From: an uncultured candidate division Zixibacteria bacterium
GTDB lineage: Bacteria; Zixibacteria; MSB-5A5; GN15; FEB-12
Direction of reading: 5' to 3'
Assembly: GCA_963664195.1 (NCBI GenBank)
Contig: OY760907.1
Coordinates: 64,001 to 128,000 of the forward strand
DNA: 64,000 nucleotides
In this document: piece by piece, positions 26,984-38,281 of the stretch
How positions within the stretch are numbered: position 1 is the first letter of the stretch
Layout of the letters: each line of letters begins with the position of its first letter
Made by a program: the position numbers and the translations under genes
The notes under the pieces: model-generated
Database searches by the model: none
Told to the model about the DNA's origin: nothing
What the model saw: only the letters and a program-made list of their open reading frames with translations

Positions 26984-29900
26984 TCATTTCGTTCTCAGTT
27001 TGAACGTCCGTATTTCAAACGGTTCGAACCGGAGTTCAACCGGTTCGTTGCAGAGTATCTCCGTGTCGGAGTCACGCCATTCCATGAGGTCGGTTTCGAC
27101 AAGTCTGGCCGAAGTGCTATCGGCGTGAAGTTCACACCCCGAATGCCTGCCAAGTCTCTCAACTATGCGGAGGATCAGGCAGTCTTCCTTTTCGGCTTCC
27201 TTTAGGACCTCGAGCGACACGCCGTCTCCCTCAACCCTAACGGGAACATGCAGGGCTTCGGTTCGCATACCGGAGACAACCAAGACAGGCTGATTCAACT
27301 GCGCTGCGCCGGCAATGACATCGGAACGGATGAGATCGCCAGTGTGCGGAAGCAGGCTGTACGTGAAGCGATGCTCTCCCTGATCGGCATCCGGATCGGG
27401 GTACGTGGGCGACCGGAGCAAATCCAGATCAATTACGTTGTCATGCACTTTGTAACCGTACTTGCAGTCGTTCAAGAGGGCCACGCCGTAATCGTTGTCC
27501 GACAGGTCAGCATAGCGGTGTCCGACAACTTCAAAGCGGGCGGCATCCCAGGAGGTGTTGCGGTGAGTGGAACGCTTGACATAACCGTACTGGATGTCAA
27601 ACGAAGCCTCCTCGCTGTGGACATTCACCGGGAACGCAACTCGCAACATGCGGTGTTTCTCGTGCCAGTCGACAGTCGTTTCGAAGTCAAGCTGACGGGA
27701 GTTGCCGGCAAGGTACACTTGCTGGGTGAGCCTCGAATCGCCGACAGTGAACTCGAATTTCAGACCCTGACGAACAGGGCCGGACGCCAGTGGCGTGACC
27801 GACTCACACTTCGCCTGCCCTATGACGTGGTGTTCGTAAAACTTATCGATATCCCAGGCGTCCCAGTTGTTGGGACGGTCATCATACAACGTGAGCAGAT
27901 TACCCGCTTTGCCCAGCTCAAGAATGTCGCGCCCGCACTCTTTGTCATAGGCATAGGCAAGAGTGCCATCGCCTGAGAACTCGTATCTGACCAGATCGTT
28001 TTCAAGCACCGTGCTATCGGTCTCTGGCGAATCTGCAACTGTCTCATTGGACCGACGCAGGGTGGCGAACGAATACGGCGCAACCCCAGCCAGAACGACC
28101 AATCGGCCGTCCTCGGTTTGCTGCGGGAGCGGCCCGCCGTTTTCGTCGACGACCGTGCAATTGGCCCAACTCTCAGGTAGAACAACCGGGCGTTCATACG
28201 AATAGTGCAGACTGTTGAACAACACCACGGCATCTTCGTCAGGGTCGAAGAGATTCTCTGCCGTCTTAGTCTGGATATTGTCGCATTCGGCAATCAGTCG
28301 CTCGTAATCTTTGTGCGTATCATCGTAGACGCGCGTGATACTTGAACCGGGAATATTGTCGTGAAACTGGTGACACATGAGCGTTTTCCAGATCGCATCG
28401 AATTGTCTGGCCGGATAGTCGTCTGAAGGGAGACAACTGCACAGCATTTCCAGTTCGCGAAGGCGTTGTTCAATCCGTCGATTGCGCTTCTTCACGAGCG
28501 CCTGTGCCGTGTAAGTTCCACGGTGCAACTCCAGGTACAATTCACCGACCCAGGTTGCTACTTCGCCGCGATGGTTGTCCAGTCGCTCGAAGAACGCATC
28601 GGCTCTGCCAAACTCCACTCTGGGTGCGCTCTCAAGATTGGCCATACGACGGCCGCACTCGATGCTTTCGGCTTTTGGCCCGCCGCCGCCGTCGCCTACG
28701 CCAAACAGGCTGATGAATTCGTCTATGAAATCCTTTTCATGAAAAGCATCAACAGCCGGCATCAGAAACTCGGTGTCGAGTTGGCTGTTGTACGTGTTCT
28801 CGGGCGGGAAGTGCGTCAGAATCTCCGAGCCGTCAATTCCTCGCCACAAAAACGTGTGGTGCGGGAATTGATTGTACTGGTTCCAGGAAAGTTTGGTCGT
28901 CAGGAAATACTCAATTCCGCTCTTGCTGAGAATCTGCGGAAGGGCCGCTGAGTATCCGAACACATCCGGCAGCCAGAGATTGGTGACCTCGACTCCAAAC
29001 TCGTCTTTGAAGAAGTTTTTGCCGTGGAGTAGCTGACGAATCATCGACTCGCCTGATATCAGGTTGCAGTCTGCCTCGACCCACATTCCCCCCAGCAACT
29101 CCCAGCGGCCGTCCGCAACAGCACTCTTTATCCTCTCGTACAACTCTGGATACTGTTCCTTGACGAACGCATACTGCACCGGTTGCGAGGCACCGAAGAC
29201 GTAGCCGGGATAACGATCAATCAAATCGAGTTGACTGGAAAATGTGCGTGCGCATTTCCGGACCGTCTCGCGCAACGGCCAGAGCCAGACCGTGTCTATA
29301 TGGGCGTGCCCAACAGCGACCACTGACAGGTCTGATGCCGAAGCCGGCTTCTTCAATTCCCTGCTAATGATCTCGCGACAGCGCTCGAGATCCTTGTATC
29401 CTCGAAAGGCATCGATAGCCTCGTTGACAGTGCGAATGATTCTCGCTCGTCGCACGGACTTTTCGGGCAGCCGCTGGATCATACCACAGAGGACACGCAG
29501 GTCAAGCGACAGATGCCAGGCCGTTTCATCGAACACACGAAGTCTTATCTCAACAACTGAAGCATCAAACTGCCCGTACCGTTTTGGTGAATCGGCCTCG
29601 GGGTCTGGCTCGGTAAACACGCCAAACAGACTGTTGGCGGCAGCCTCGACCCAGAGTTCGACCGCTTCGCCACCCTCGCACTGGCCAAACAGCGGCACGG
29701 TGTCACGGGCGAAATGAGGATCAAAGATTGAGCCGTTGGTTATCCCCTGAAGCATGTGACCCTCGGCATCAAGTACCAACCCTTCCCCTGAGAAATCCAA
29801 CTGGGCGACAACTTTCTTTCCGGCCCACTCCGGGGGCACTTCCGCTTTCAGATGGAACCACGCGCTGTCCCACTTGTTACCCCACGAGGCACCTTTGGCG

Positions 29901-30064
29901 ATGGACTTGTACTCACCCAGAAGCCGGTCAGCAAACGCTATCGGCTCCTTGGAGTGGCAGAAGGTCGCAGCAAATTCCGACGAATCATTCAGGATCATGC
30001 CGGCGATCCGCTGGCGAAATCTGTCTATTCGCGTGATACGTATTTCGGTTTCTTTTTTGTCCAC
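26984..30064 (-). CDS. Alpha-mannosidase (GH38, class 2C-like)
   Basis: GHAHIDTVWLW, GGMWVEAD, WLPDVFGY, GDGGGGP, ELYLELHRG, HQFHDNIPG. Confidence 0.95.
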   Translation of the reverse strand: MDKKETEIRITRIDRFRQRIAGMILNDSSEFAATFCHSKEPIAFADRLLGEYKSIAKGASWGNKWDSAWFHLKAEVPPEWAGKKVVAQLDFSGEGLVLDAEGHMLQGITNGSIFDPHFARDTVPLFGQCEGGEAVELWVEAAANSLFGVFTEPDPEADSPKRYGQFDASVVEIRLRVFDETAWHLSLDLRVLCGMIQRLPEKSVRRARIIRTVNEAIDAFRGYKDLERCREIISRELKKPASASDLSVVAVGHAHIDTVWLWPLRETVRKCARTFSSQLDLIDRYPGYVFGASQPVQYAFVKEQYPELYERIKSAVADGRWELLGGMWVEADCNLISGESMIRQLLHGKNFFKDEFGVEVTNLWLPDVFGYSAALPQILSKSGIEYFLTTKLSWNQYNQFPHHTFLWRGIDGSEILTHFPPENTYNSQLDTEFLMPAVDAFHEKDFIDEFISLFGVGDGGGGPKAESIECGRRMANLESAPRVEFGRADAFFERLDNHRGEVATWVGELYLELHRGTYTAQALVKKRNRRIEQRLRELEMLCSCLPSDDYPARQFDAIWKTLMCHQFHDNIPGSSITRVYDDTHKDYERLIAECDNIQTKTAENLFDPDEDAVVLFNSLHYSYERPVVLPESWANCTVVDENGGPLPQQTEDGRLVVLAGVAPYSFATLRRSNETVADSPETDSTVLENDLVRYEFSGDGTLAYAYDKECGRDILELGKAGNLLTLYDDRPNNWDAWDIDKFYEHHVIGQAKCESVTPLASGPVRQGLKFEFTVGDSRLTQQVYLAGNSRQLDFETTVDWHEKHRMLRVAFPVNVHSEEASFDIQYGYVKRSTHRNTSWDAARFEVVGHRYADLSDNDYGVALLNDCKYGYKVHDNVIDLDLLRSPTYPDPDADQGEHRFTYSLLPHTGDLIRSDVIAGAAQLNQPVLVVSGMRTEALHVPVRVEGDGVSLEVLKEAEKEDCLILRIVERLGRHSGCELHADSTSARLVETDLMEWRDSDTEILCNEPVELRFEPFEIRTFKLRTK

Positions 30065-30067
30065 GTC

Positions 30068-32014
30068 TTATTCCTCGACCCTATCCGTCTGATTAGCTTC
30101 GATGAAACCGTCGTCCCGGTCATCACGTTGTGTCGTGCGCAGCCGCTTAATCATTATCACCATATCTTTGTAGCCGCCAATGGCAAACCAGACCGCCACC
30201 ACGAGCGCCAATCCGAGTTGTATCAGCAGATATACGTTCCAGAAACTCATCCAGGTTTCATCGGACACTTCCCAGGTCAGATTGTAGATGGTGCCAAAGA
30301 TGAATACGAGTGTCCAGCCGCCGGTCCATACATAGTTCACGATATAGATGAACTTGTCGCCTCTGGTAAACTCCCTGCCCATGCCAAGCAGCCGCCACCC
30401 TCTTTCGGGGACGGCGTTGACAATCTTCGTCTCGTCCTTGACCGCATACTCTCCCCTCTTGAGCAGCTTGTCCAGATTGAGCCTGGGCGGTTTGCTCAAC
30501 AGCGACACAACGATGTATACCATACTGGCACCGAACATGCTGATCATCCAGAACCATTGACCGTTGATGAAGAAGTCGTCCACTATCTGGTGAATGATAA
30601 TGCCGCCGACTGCAATTGACGACCCGGTTATCATGGCAGCCCAGGCCGCACCGGTTGTTCCCCGTTTCCAGTACAGACCGCCTATAATTACGGCGCCGGA
30701 GCCACCGGCGAAAATCGCACCGGTTATCGCAAAAAACAGAAAGATGTACTGACTCTGTTTGAACAGCAGGCTGAAGAAGAATATAAACACGGCGACAAAA
30801 ACGACTGCAGCGCGAAGCACTCTCAGGTGCTGTTCCGGAGTAAACGGCTTCTTGCGCATCGGCATGATGACATCCTGCACCAGAATACTCCCCCAGGAGT
30901 GCAGGTAGGAATCGTGCGTACTGATGAAGGCGGCCAGCATCACCGCAACGAACGCACCCAGAAGTCCTTTAGGCAGAATGTGCATCAGTACCAGCGGGGT
31001 CTTCAATTGGCTTTGCACCGCCTCGGATTCGACATTGGCGAGCGTAGCCCCCACGGCGTTGGCAATGTCGGCGAAGTTGGCGTGGTTCAGAACAGTGTAG
31101 GCGACAATCGGGATGAAAAAGAAAAACAACGTTTGTGGCAAACCTCTCCATCCGGCCAACACGGCACCCATTTTTGCTTCGTGGGCGCTTTTTGCCGAGG
31201 CGTTGTATCCCTGCGTTCCCTGCCAGGACATGGAGCCGTACATCACGCCGAAAATGCCGACGAGGAAATACCAGAAGTTGAAATCTTCCACCTGACTGGT
31301 ATGAAACGGATTTATCAACGAGGCCTCCGTTGGCGCCGAGGACAACGCCTCAAAAATGCACACCCAGTCAAACGAAACAACAGCATAAACGATCAGGATC
31401 AGCAACACAATATTGACAAACATCCCCTGGAAGAAGTCTGCGATGATCACCGCGATCTGTCCACCGGAGAAGACGAAATAGAGCGAGATCGATAGTAGGC
31501 AGATCATCGTTACGGGAAACGTACCAATCTCCATGCCAAGCAGACTGAACGAATGCGGCAGGCCGCAGAAGTAGATGAAAAAGCGCGCACCGACCGCGGG
31601 GAAAATACCGAAATTTATCAGGCCGGACAGAAAGGCGATGATGCCGGTGAATATCCGAAACTTGCGACTGTATCGTTCCTCGAAAAACTGCGCGAGCGTC
31701 AATGCCCTTGTCTGGCGAAAGCGGTAGATCACCCAGCCGGAAACTGTGATGACGAGTATGACCAGCGCCATCGTCATGCCCCACCACGCCATGGAAAAAC
31801 CGGCCACGAGGTTCATTTCCAGATTGCCGACTATCGTGATCGCTCCCAGTCCGGCGACTCCGCTGGCAACGCTGATTACATATCTCCCGGCAGAACGTCC
31901 GGCGGCCAGAAAATCCGCCACACTGCGCATCAGGCGTTTGGCCGCGAATACGGAGAAAAACATCAAGCCAAGGACCACGACGACTATTGACCAGTCCAGA
32001 GTTGTCAGATTCAT
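30068..32014 (-). CDS. Sodium:solute symporter family protein
   Basis: DFLAAGR, ~13 TM, LAAFISTHDS, GLYWKRG. Confidence 0.9.
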   Translation of the reverse strand: MNLTTLDWSIVVVVLGLMFFSVFAAKRLMRSVADFLAAGRSAGRYVISVASGVAGLGAITIVGNLEMNLVAGFSMAWWGMTMALVILVITVSGWVIYRFRQTRALTLAQFFEERYSRKFRIFTGIIAFLSGLINFGIFPAVGARFFIYFCGLPHSFSLLGMEIGTFPVTMICLLSISLYFVFSGGQIAVIIADFFQGMFVNIVLLILIVYAVVSFDWVCIFEALSSAPTEASLINPFHTSQVEDFNFWYFLVGIFGVMYGSMSWQGTQGYNASAKSAHEAKMGAVLAGWRGLPQTLFFFFIPIVAYTVLNHANFADIANAVGATLANVESEAVQSQLKTPLVLMHILPKGLLGAFVAVMLAAFISTHDSYLHSWGSILVQDVIMPMRKKPFTPEQHLRVLRAAVVFVAVFIFFFSLLFKQSQYIFLFFAITGAIFAGGSGAVIIGGLYWKRGTTGAAWAAMITGSSIAVGGIIIHQIVDDFFINGQWFWMISMFGASMVYIVVSLLSKPPRLNLDKLLKRGEYAVKDETKIVNAVPERGWRLLGMGREFTRGDKFIYIVNYVWTGGWTLVFIFGTIYNLTWEVSDETWMSFWNVYLLIQLGLALVVAVWFAIGGYKDMVIMIKRLRTTQRDDRDDGFIEANQTDRVEE

Positions 32015-32111
32015 TATCAGCCTTTCAAATCATAGTATGCGCAATAGGTCTATTCAATCACCGTCTTCGACACGCGCGCTGTGCGGTATGCGTCGGCGAA
32101 TCACCACGATA

Positions 32112-33254
32112 TCACTTCCCGCTCTCGATTTCGCGAATGTCGCCGTCGTGCGTTATGCAGAGCGTCGCCTCGCCATCGGCGCTGGTTAGTCGGGCTTCGA
32201 ATGTCCCTGTTGTGATCTCAATCGTCGGTGGCCAATCGAATCCTGATAACGTCCGTTCTCCTAATCCCAAATGCCGCAGACTGCGCGAGTACTGGTGGTG
32301 CTGCAAGAAATACGTGCGCTCGGCGTAGTACAACTCGCGCAATGCCCACCGCGCAGAATCTGTCGGCTCGGGTGTGAATGCAACCGTCGCGCTTCCGATC
32401 GGTTTCTCAGAGAACTGAACGAAACCCCACATCTCCGGATAGTGCATCGCTATCAATCCCTGCGGCGACCAAACCCAGTTGTTCTCAGGAAGCGACCTAC
32501 CGGTCTCCGGGTCGACAGCTTTGACGTACCTGCCGTTCTCTATTGTGTGCTGCCATTCGACACGCGAGAAATTAACTCGCCATTGGTCACCCTCTCCGGG
32601 TGGGGTCGGTTTGTGGGCGCACTGACCGAGGACGTCCCAGGGCATGGCCATTTCAATACTCCAACCGCTGTCGATATCCTGCGGGTTGTTGAGTGTCCCG
32701 TTGATATGCGCGGCCGTTTTCAGCCCCTGAATATCCCACGCATTGACAGCCGGGGCACCGTCGCGGTACGGCTTCATTAGGAGCAAGTCCCACTCGGTGC
32801 CAAGCGCGTTGACCTCAAGTTCGTAGTACTCGTGCGTGTCACCATCGGGGTCGATAAACACCTCGAAATCATTGTCATGATAGATGACGGCATCCCGATC
32901 GGTCACTGTTCCCCACACGTGCGGCTCTTTCATGTCGGCACAGAAGTATATGTAGGTGTCATCCCAGAGAATCTTAGCACGGGTCTCGAATCGCGGCGCC
33001 GGTTTCAGAGTACCCTCGATATCGACAAACAGATCAGTCCATGCGGCTTTCTGCCACGCGGCCTCATCGAGACGACCATCAATCGCCATCGGCTGGCCTG
33101 TCTTGTAACAGACGTATTGTTTCGGCGCATACTCGATCTGTGGAATCGGCAAAGAGTCCTCAGAGACTTTGGCGGCCTCACGCTCTCCGCATCGGACACA
33201 GAAGAGGGCCGTCAGGAGAAGCGTTAATATCTTGATTCTCTGATGAAATGTCAC
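32112..33254 (-). CDS. CBM9-like carbohydrate-binding protein, probable lipoprotein
   Basis: IDGRLDE..W, NDFEVFIDPDG, WSIEMAMPW, WRVNFSR; GTG overlaps upstream TGA (GTGA). Confidence 0.85.
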   Translation of the reverse strand: MTFHQRIKILTLLLTALFCVRCGEREAAKVSEDSLPIPQIEYAPKQYVCYKTGQPMAIDGRLDEAAWQKAAWTDLFVDIEGTLKPAPRFETRAKILWDDTYIYFCADMKEPHVWGTVTDRDAVIYHDNDFEVFIDPDGDTHEYYELEVNALGTEWDLLLMKPYRDGAPAVNAWDIQGLKTAAHINGTLNNPQDIDSGWSIEMAMPWDVLGQCAHKPTPPGEGDQWRVNFSRVEWQHTIENGRYVKAVDPETGRSLPENNWVWSPQGLIAMHYPEMWGFVQFSEKPIGSATVAFTPEPTDSARWALRELYYAERTYFLQHHQYSRSLRHLGLGERTLSGFDWPPTIEITTGTFEARLTSADGEATLCITHDGDIREIESGK

Positions 33255-34225
33255 GGCTTCTCCTCTCCCGCATAACAGGCGGCGATCAACTCGTCGATTG
33301 TAGTCGTGGCGAGACAAACGCAGGTATCAGCCGCACCATAATAGAGCAGGACTTCGCTGTCAGGCTCTGCGAAACCGTCGCTGTCGAACTGCTCGACGAT
33401 CATCCCGCTCGGAAACACGACATTGGGCACCTGTCCGACTTGCTCACACAACTCTCTCGGTTCGAGGATATTGTACCGGCTGCGTGTTTTGACTTTCGTC
33501 GGATCATCCAGATCAAGCAGCACGACGCCGGCCTGATAGATGTTTACCCCGGCAAAATGCGTTGCGACACCGTGGTAAATATGAAGCCACCCCTCACGGG
33601 TTTTCACCGGCGGCGGACCGGAGCCAATCAGTTCGTCCCAAAAATGCGGGCGGCCGTGCATGAGCGTGGCGGAGTATGTCCAGTCGATGAGGTTGTTCGA
33701 TGTTGACACACAGATGGTCGAACCGGAAGAAACACCCGCGCCGGCCGTTCCCGTATTGGGACGATCCAGCCGCACGTAGCTACCGTTGATTTTTTCCGGG
33801 AACAAGACGCCGTTGCGCATATCGCGGTGCGGTTCCACTCCCAGGAATTGGAACGATTTGAAATCGTCGGTGACTGCCAGTCCGAGACGACAACCGGCAG
33901 CCATATCCATCGCCATCACTATGTAGCAACGATTATCGATCTGTGTGATTCGGGGATCGTAAATGTGAAATATCGGTTTGGCGATCTTTTCGAGTCCGTT
34001 GAATCGGACACAGGTGTTTCGAATCGAAAAACGACGGCCGTCGTCGCTCTCAGCCACCATCAGGTGGGTTTCCCGCCCACGGTTCTGCACCCGCAATAGA
34101 AGCAGGTACGTATCACCGAATTTGATCGCTCCCGGGTTGAAGACAGAGCTTACGTCGACAAGATGTGGTTCGACGGCCGGGACGTCCTGGCGAGTGATAA
34201 TCGGATTATGTTGGTATCGTCTCAC
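33251..34225 (-). CDS. GH130 family mannoside phosphorylase/hydrolase
   Basis: NPII, VFNPGA, YDPRI, RNGVLFPEKI, GWLHIYHGV, NVVFPSG, YYGAADT; start uncertain (GTG 34225). Confidence 0.9.
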   Translation of the reverse strand: MRRYQHNPIITRQDVPAVEPHLVDVSSVFNPGAIKFGDTYLLLLRVQNRGRETHLMVAESDDGRRFSIRNTCVRFNGLEKIAKPIFHIYDPRITQIDNRCYIVMAMDMAAGCRLGLAVTDDFKSFQFLGVEPHRDMRNGVLFPEKINGSYVRLDRPNTGTAGAGVSSGSTICVSTSNNLIDWTYSATLMHGRPHFWDELIGSGPPPVKTREGWLHIYHGVATHFAGVNIYQAGVVLLDLDDPTKVKTRSRYNILEPRELCEQVGQVPNVVFPSGMIVEQFDSDGFAEPDSEVLLYYGAADTCVCLATTTIDELIAACYAGEEKP

Positions 34226-34416
34226 GTAATCACAGCGGTATGTTCTCCTACTTTTGATCCTGAATTCAACATACAAAAAACGCGACGGTAACGGAACAGA
34301 TTTGTTGGCTTCTGGAGAACGGATAAATGAGCGCTTCCAAACACCTGTCGGAAAGATCAACGCACAGAGAGACCATTTCCGTACATGTTTTGCGTTCGAC
34401 AATACACGATCGTACA

Positions 34417-34455
34417 AGAAACGGCAAGCGGCGCATTCGCCGCTCACCGTTTTCT
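34417..34455 (-). terminator. Intrinsic terminator after MCP1
   Basis: AGAAACGG-caAGCGGCG-catt-CGCCGCTca-CCGTTTTCT hairpin. Confidence 0.75.
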
Positions 34456-35672
34456 TACCCAGTGTGGGTTTGGTTCAACTCAATGCTGTCAGATCGTTGA
34501 AGTCAGTCCCGATGTCTAACTCTCGTTGCTAATGTTGAACCGGGCCACCATCTCTTGCATGCCCTCCGCCTGCCGATTGAGTTCCTCGGCAGCAGCGGCC
34601 GACTGCTCGGCACCGGCGGCCGTTTCTTTGGTTACACTGTTGATGTGTTCAATGTTCTTGGATATCTGTTCGGCAGCCACAGACTGCTCCTCGGAAGCGG
34701 TTGCTATCTGCTGGATCATGTCCATGACCCTGGCTGACATCGCGACCACCTCTGAAAGGCTGTTGCCGGCTTGATCGGCCAGATCACGACCCTTGTCGAC
34801 CTCCTGTACCCCCGCTTCCATCGACTGGACAGCGTCGCCGGTCTCCTGCTGGATTCCTTTGATCATGTCGGTGATTTCGCCGGTTGCCTTGCCCGTACGT
34901 TCCGCCAGCTTGCGAACCTCGTCGGCCACCACCGCAAAGCCTCTTCCCTGCTCTCCTGCACGAGCAGCCTCGATAGCGGCGTTGAGTGCCAGCAGGTTGG
35001 TCTGATCGGCAATGTCATCAATCACGCTGACAATCTCACCGATCTGATCCGCTGAGGTAGCCAGTTTCGCAATGGAGTCTGCCGATTCACGCACAACATC
35101 GTTGATCCGCTGCATCCCGGCAATGGTGTTGCTCACGATCTCTCCGCCGTTGGTAGCAGTGTCCGAAGCGGTCCGGGATGCCTCGGTGGCCTCGCCGGAG
35201 TTCCGTGACGATTCCAAAATGGTCGCCGACATTTCCTCGACTGCCGCTGAAACCTGGTTCACCTGTTGAGACTGATCCGTGGCTCCCTTGGCCATTTGCT
35301 CGGAAGCCGAGGATATTTCAGTTGCTGCGGTGACAAGCTGCGTGGCGTTGTCCCGAAGCTGTCTCACCATACCGGTCAGATTGTGGGTCATCGTCTTGAA
35401 CGAGTTGCCGAGAATGTCCTTGGATGACTTTGGCTCCACATGGACGGTCAAGTCGTTATTGGCGATACTCTCGGCGGCACCTGCAAGACCTTTCATATAG
35501 TCGATCAGGTTGCGGAACGATACGGCAAGCAAGCCGATTTCGTCCTTTGAATCCAGATCGATACTGTGATCGATATCACCGGTGGAGATGCTCTCTGCAA
35601 CGCTCGCCATCTTCGAAACCGGGCCGGCAATACCACGAGTGATAATGAAGGCGGCAAAGATACCAATCAACA
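34417..35672. repeat. Direct repeat copy 1 (1256 bp): MCP TM2-HAMP-signalling region, 3' UTR and terminator
   Basis: Matches 37026-38281 at offset 2609; boundaries located by eye; ORF translations in several frames are identical. Confidence 0.93.
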
Positions 35673-36594
35673 GAGCAATCAAGGCAACGACGATCATCTG
35701 GCCTTCTGCCAGATCATTGGCGGCTACAAGCTCCGGTCCCAGTTTGTCCTGCGCTTCCTTGATGTCCAGTTTGACCTCCTCGATGAGCGAGGCGACCTCC
35801 GGACCTATTCTGTCCAGGGTGTTCGCGATGACGTCGTTTCTTTCGGATATGATTGAATGGACGTTCCTCATCGCCTCAGCATAAGCAACCGAGGATTGAA
35901 GGACCCCATTGAGAAGCTGGCGACGCTCAGCATTCTCCAGCCGCCCGTCCAACTCAGCCAACGCCTCATGCATTTGACTCAGCTCGAGTTTGCTCCGATC
36001 AAAGGACGCCTGAGCATTGCCTTCAAGGTACTTGACGACGTACAGCCTCGCCAGAAGGAGACTTCGCAACGACGTTGCGGAGTAATACGCTGCATCCATG
36101 TCGCCATCGCGCTCGGCGGTTGTTAGTATTTGGGTCAAGGCCTTCTCCATCTCAGGCCCCTTGACGTTCAATATATCGTTGACCTCGTGATCCCTTTCGG
36201 TGCGGAAGCCAACAACCTTGTCAAACGCCTCGCCATACTTCTTCACATTCTCATCCACGGCGTCAATCATGGCCGCCCGTTTAGGATCGTTGATGTCCAC
36301 CTGCGCCTGAGCAAGGAACTCGTTCATCCTGTCGAAGAATTGACGACACTGTTCCACGTCGGACTCGCTGCCGGTTATGATGAAGTCTTTTACATTCATC
36401 CGAACCATCAGCATGTTGGCCTGTACTCTGCCTGAGAGATTCGTATCTCGGGCCATTTCACGGTACTCTCCAAAGCCGTCTTTGGACTCGTTCAGGGCGT
36501 TATAGCCCACTCCGCCGACGACTATTAGCAGAGCCAGTACGAGACCAAAACCCACACTAATTTTCTTTCCGACCTTCAGATTCTTCCAACTCAC
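34516..36594 (-). CDS. Methyl-accepting chemotaxis protein with large helical (HBM-like) periplasmic sensor
   Basis: Two TMs, [44 protein letters not shown] after GGGAGG. Confidence 0.95.
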   Translation of the reverse strand: MSWKNLKVGKKISVGFGLVLALLIVVGGVGYNALNESKDGFGEYREMARDTNLSGRVQANMLMVRMNVKDFIITGSESDVEQCRQFFDRMNEFLAQAQVDINDPKRAAMIDAVDENVKKYGEAFDKVVGFRTERDHEVNDILNVKGPEMEKALTQILTTAERDGDMDAAYYSATSLRSLLLARLYVVKYLEGNAQASFDRSKLELSQMHEALAELDGRLENAERRQLLNGVLQSSVAYAEAMRNVHSIISERNDVIANTLDRIGPEVASLIEEVKLDIKEAQDKLGPELVAANDLAEGQMIVVALIALLIGIFAAFIITRGIAGPVSKMASVAESISTGDIDHSIDLDSKDEIGLLAVSFRNLIDYMKGLAGAAESIANNDLTVHVEPKSSKDILGNSFKTMTHNLTGMVRQLRDNATQLVTAATEISSASEQMAKGATDQSQQVNQVSAAVEEMSATILESSRNSGEATEASRTASDTATNGGEIVSNTIAGMQRINDVVRESADSIAKLATSADQIGEIVSVIDDIADQTNLLALNAAIEAARAGEQGRGFAVVADEVRKLAERTGKATGEITDMIKGIQQETGDAVQSMEAGVQEVDKGRDLADQAGNSLSEVVAMSARVMDMIQQIATASEEQSVAAEQISKNIEHINSVTKETAAGAEQSAAAAEELNRQAEGMQEMVARFNISNES

Positions 36595-37025
36595 AAAAAC
36601 CTCCCGTTGTCTTCTGTCCCGCTCCGTGCCGAGAATTACTCGTCCCTGCAATCAGGCTCCACTTTCGCGTCTCTGCACCAGGGTATTCATTGCTTTTGGC
36701 CGAAGATCATGTCATGGATATTTCTGTCCTCGACCGTACCTATTGTCTGTTCTAGTTCTCTCGACACAAATATATACTGACTGAACGGTTCTTGAACAGG
36801 TACGGATAGGGTATGACCTGTACCCATTTTGTGGGACAACGTAATGGACATCTCTTAGTAAAGGTACGCCGTCGGACTTCTGTCCTCTCCAGTTGCCTCT
36901 CTGAATCCTCAGGAACGGCGACGGTGACTCGCAGATCCAGCCCTCGCTCGAACACGCTCGACACGCCGATTGAGCTTCGGGACCGGTTGGCGGCATACCG
37001 GTAACTGCCTTCAGAGGATGATATG

Positions 37026-37064
37026 AGAAACGGCAAGCGGCGCATTCGCCGCTCACCGTTTTCT
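37026..37064 (-). terminator. Intrinsic terminator after MCP2
   Basis: Same hairpin as 34417-34455. Confidence 0.75.
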
Positions 37065-38281
37065 TACCCAGTGTGGGTTTGGTTCAACTCAATGCTGTCA
37101 GATCGTTGAAGTCAGTCCCGATGTCTAACTCTCGTTGCTAATGTTGAACCGGGCCACCATCTCTTGCATGCCCTCCGCCTGCCGATTGAGTTCCTCGGCA
37201 GCAGCGGCCGACTGCTCGGCACCGGCGGCCGTTTCTTTGGTTACACTGTTGATGTGTTCAATGTTCTTGGATATCTGTTCGGCAGCCACAGACTGCTCCT
37301 CGGAAGCGGTTGCTATCTGCTGGATCATGTCCATGACCCTGGCTGACATCGCGACCACCTCTGAAAGGCTGTTGCCGGCTTGATCGGCCAGATCACGACC
37401 CTTGTCGACCTCCTGTACCCCCGCTTCCATCGACTGGACAGCGTCGCCGGTCTCCTGCTGGATTCCTTTGATCATGTCGGTGATTTCGCCGGTTGCCTTG
37501 CCCGTACGTTCCGCCAGCTTGCGAACCTCGTCGGCCACCACCGCAAAGCCTCTTCCCTGCTCTCCTGCACGAGCAGCCTCGATAGCGGCGTTGAGTGCCA
37601 GCAGGTTGGTCTGATCGGCAATGTCATCAATCACGCTGACAATCTCACCGATCTGATCCGCTGAGGTAGCCAGTTTCGCAATGGAGTCTGCCGATTCACG
37701 CACAACATCGTTGATCCGCTGCATCCCGGCAATGGTGTTGCTCACGATCTCTCCGCCGTTGGTAGCAGTGTCCGAAGCGGTCCGGGATGCCTCGGTGGCC
37801 TCGCCGGAGTTCCGTGACGATTCCAAAATGGTCGCCGACATTTCCTCGACTGCCGCTGAAACCTGGTTCACCTGTTGAGACTGATCCGTGGCTCCCTTGG
37901 CCATTTGCTCGGAAGCCGAGGATATTTCAGTTGCTGCGGTGACAAGCTGCGTGGCGTTGTCCCGAAGCTGTCTCACCATACCGGTCAGATTGTGGGTCAT
38001 CGTCTTGAACGAGTTGCCGAGAATGTCCTTGGATGACTTTGGCTCCACATGGACGGTCAAGTCGTTATTGGCGATACTCTCGGCGGCACCTGCAAGACCT
38101 TTCATATAGTCGATCAGGTTGCGGAACGATACGGCAAGCAAGCCGATTTCGTCCTTTGAATCCAGATCGATACTGTGATCGATATCACCGGTGGAGATGC
38201 TCTCTGCAACGCTCGCCATCTTCGAAACCGGGCCGGCAATACCACGAGTGATAATGAAGGCGGCAAAGATACCAATCAACA
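37026..38281. repeat. Direct repeat copy 2 (1256 bp)
   Basis: Matches 34417-35672. Confidence 0.93.

Noticed and set aside
34226..34447. N-terminal extension of the GH130 ORF (MSGECAACR...)
   Set aside because: Starts at a GTG inside the duplicated MCP terminator; family similarity begins only near VRRYQHNP
35673..37025. Composite transposon bounded by the 1256-bp repeats
   Set aside because: Repeats encode MCP domains; no transposase or terminal inverted repeats
36712..37056. 114-aa and 97-aa minus-strand ORFs between the MCP genes
   Set aside because: Begin in the second terminator copy, no RBS or recognisable motifs
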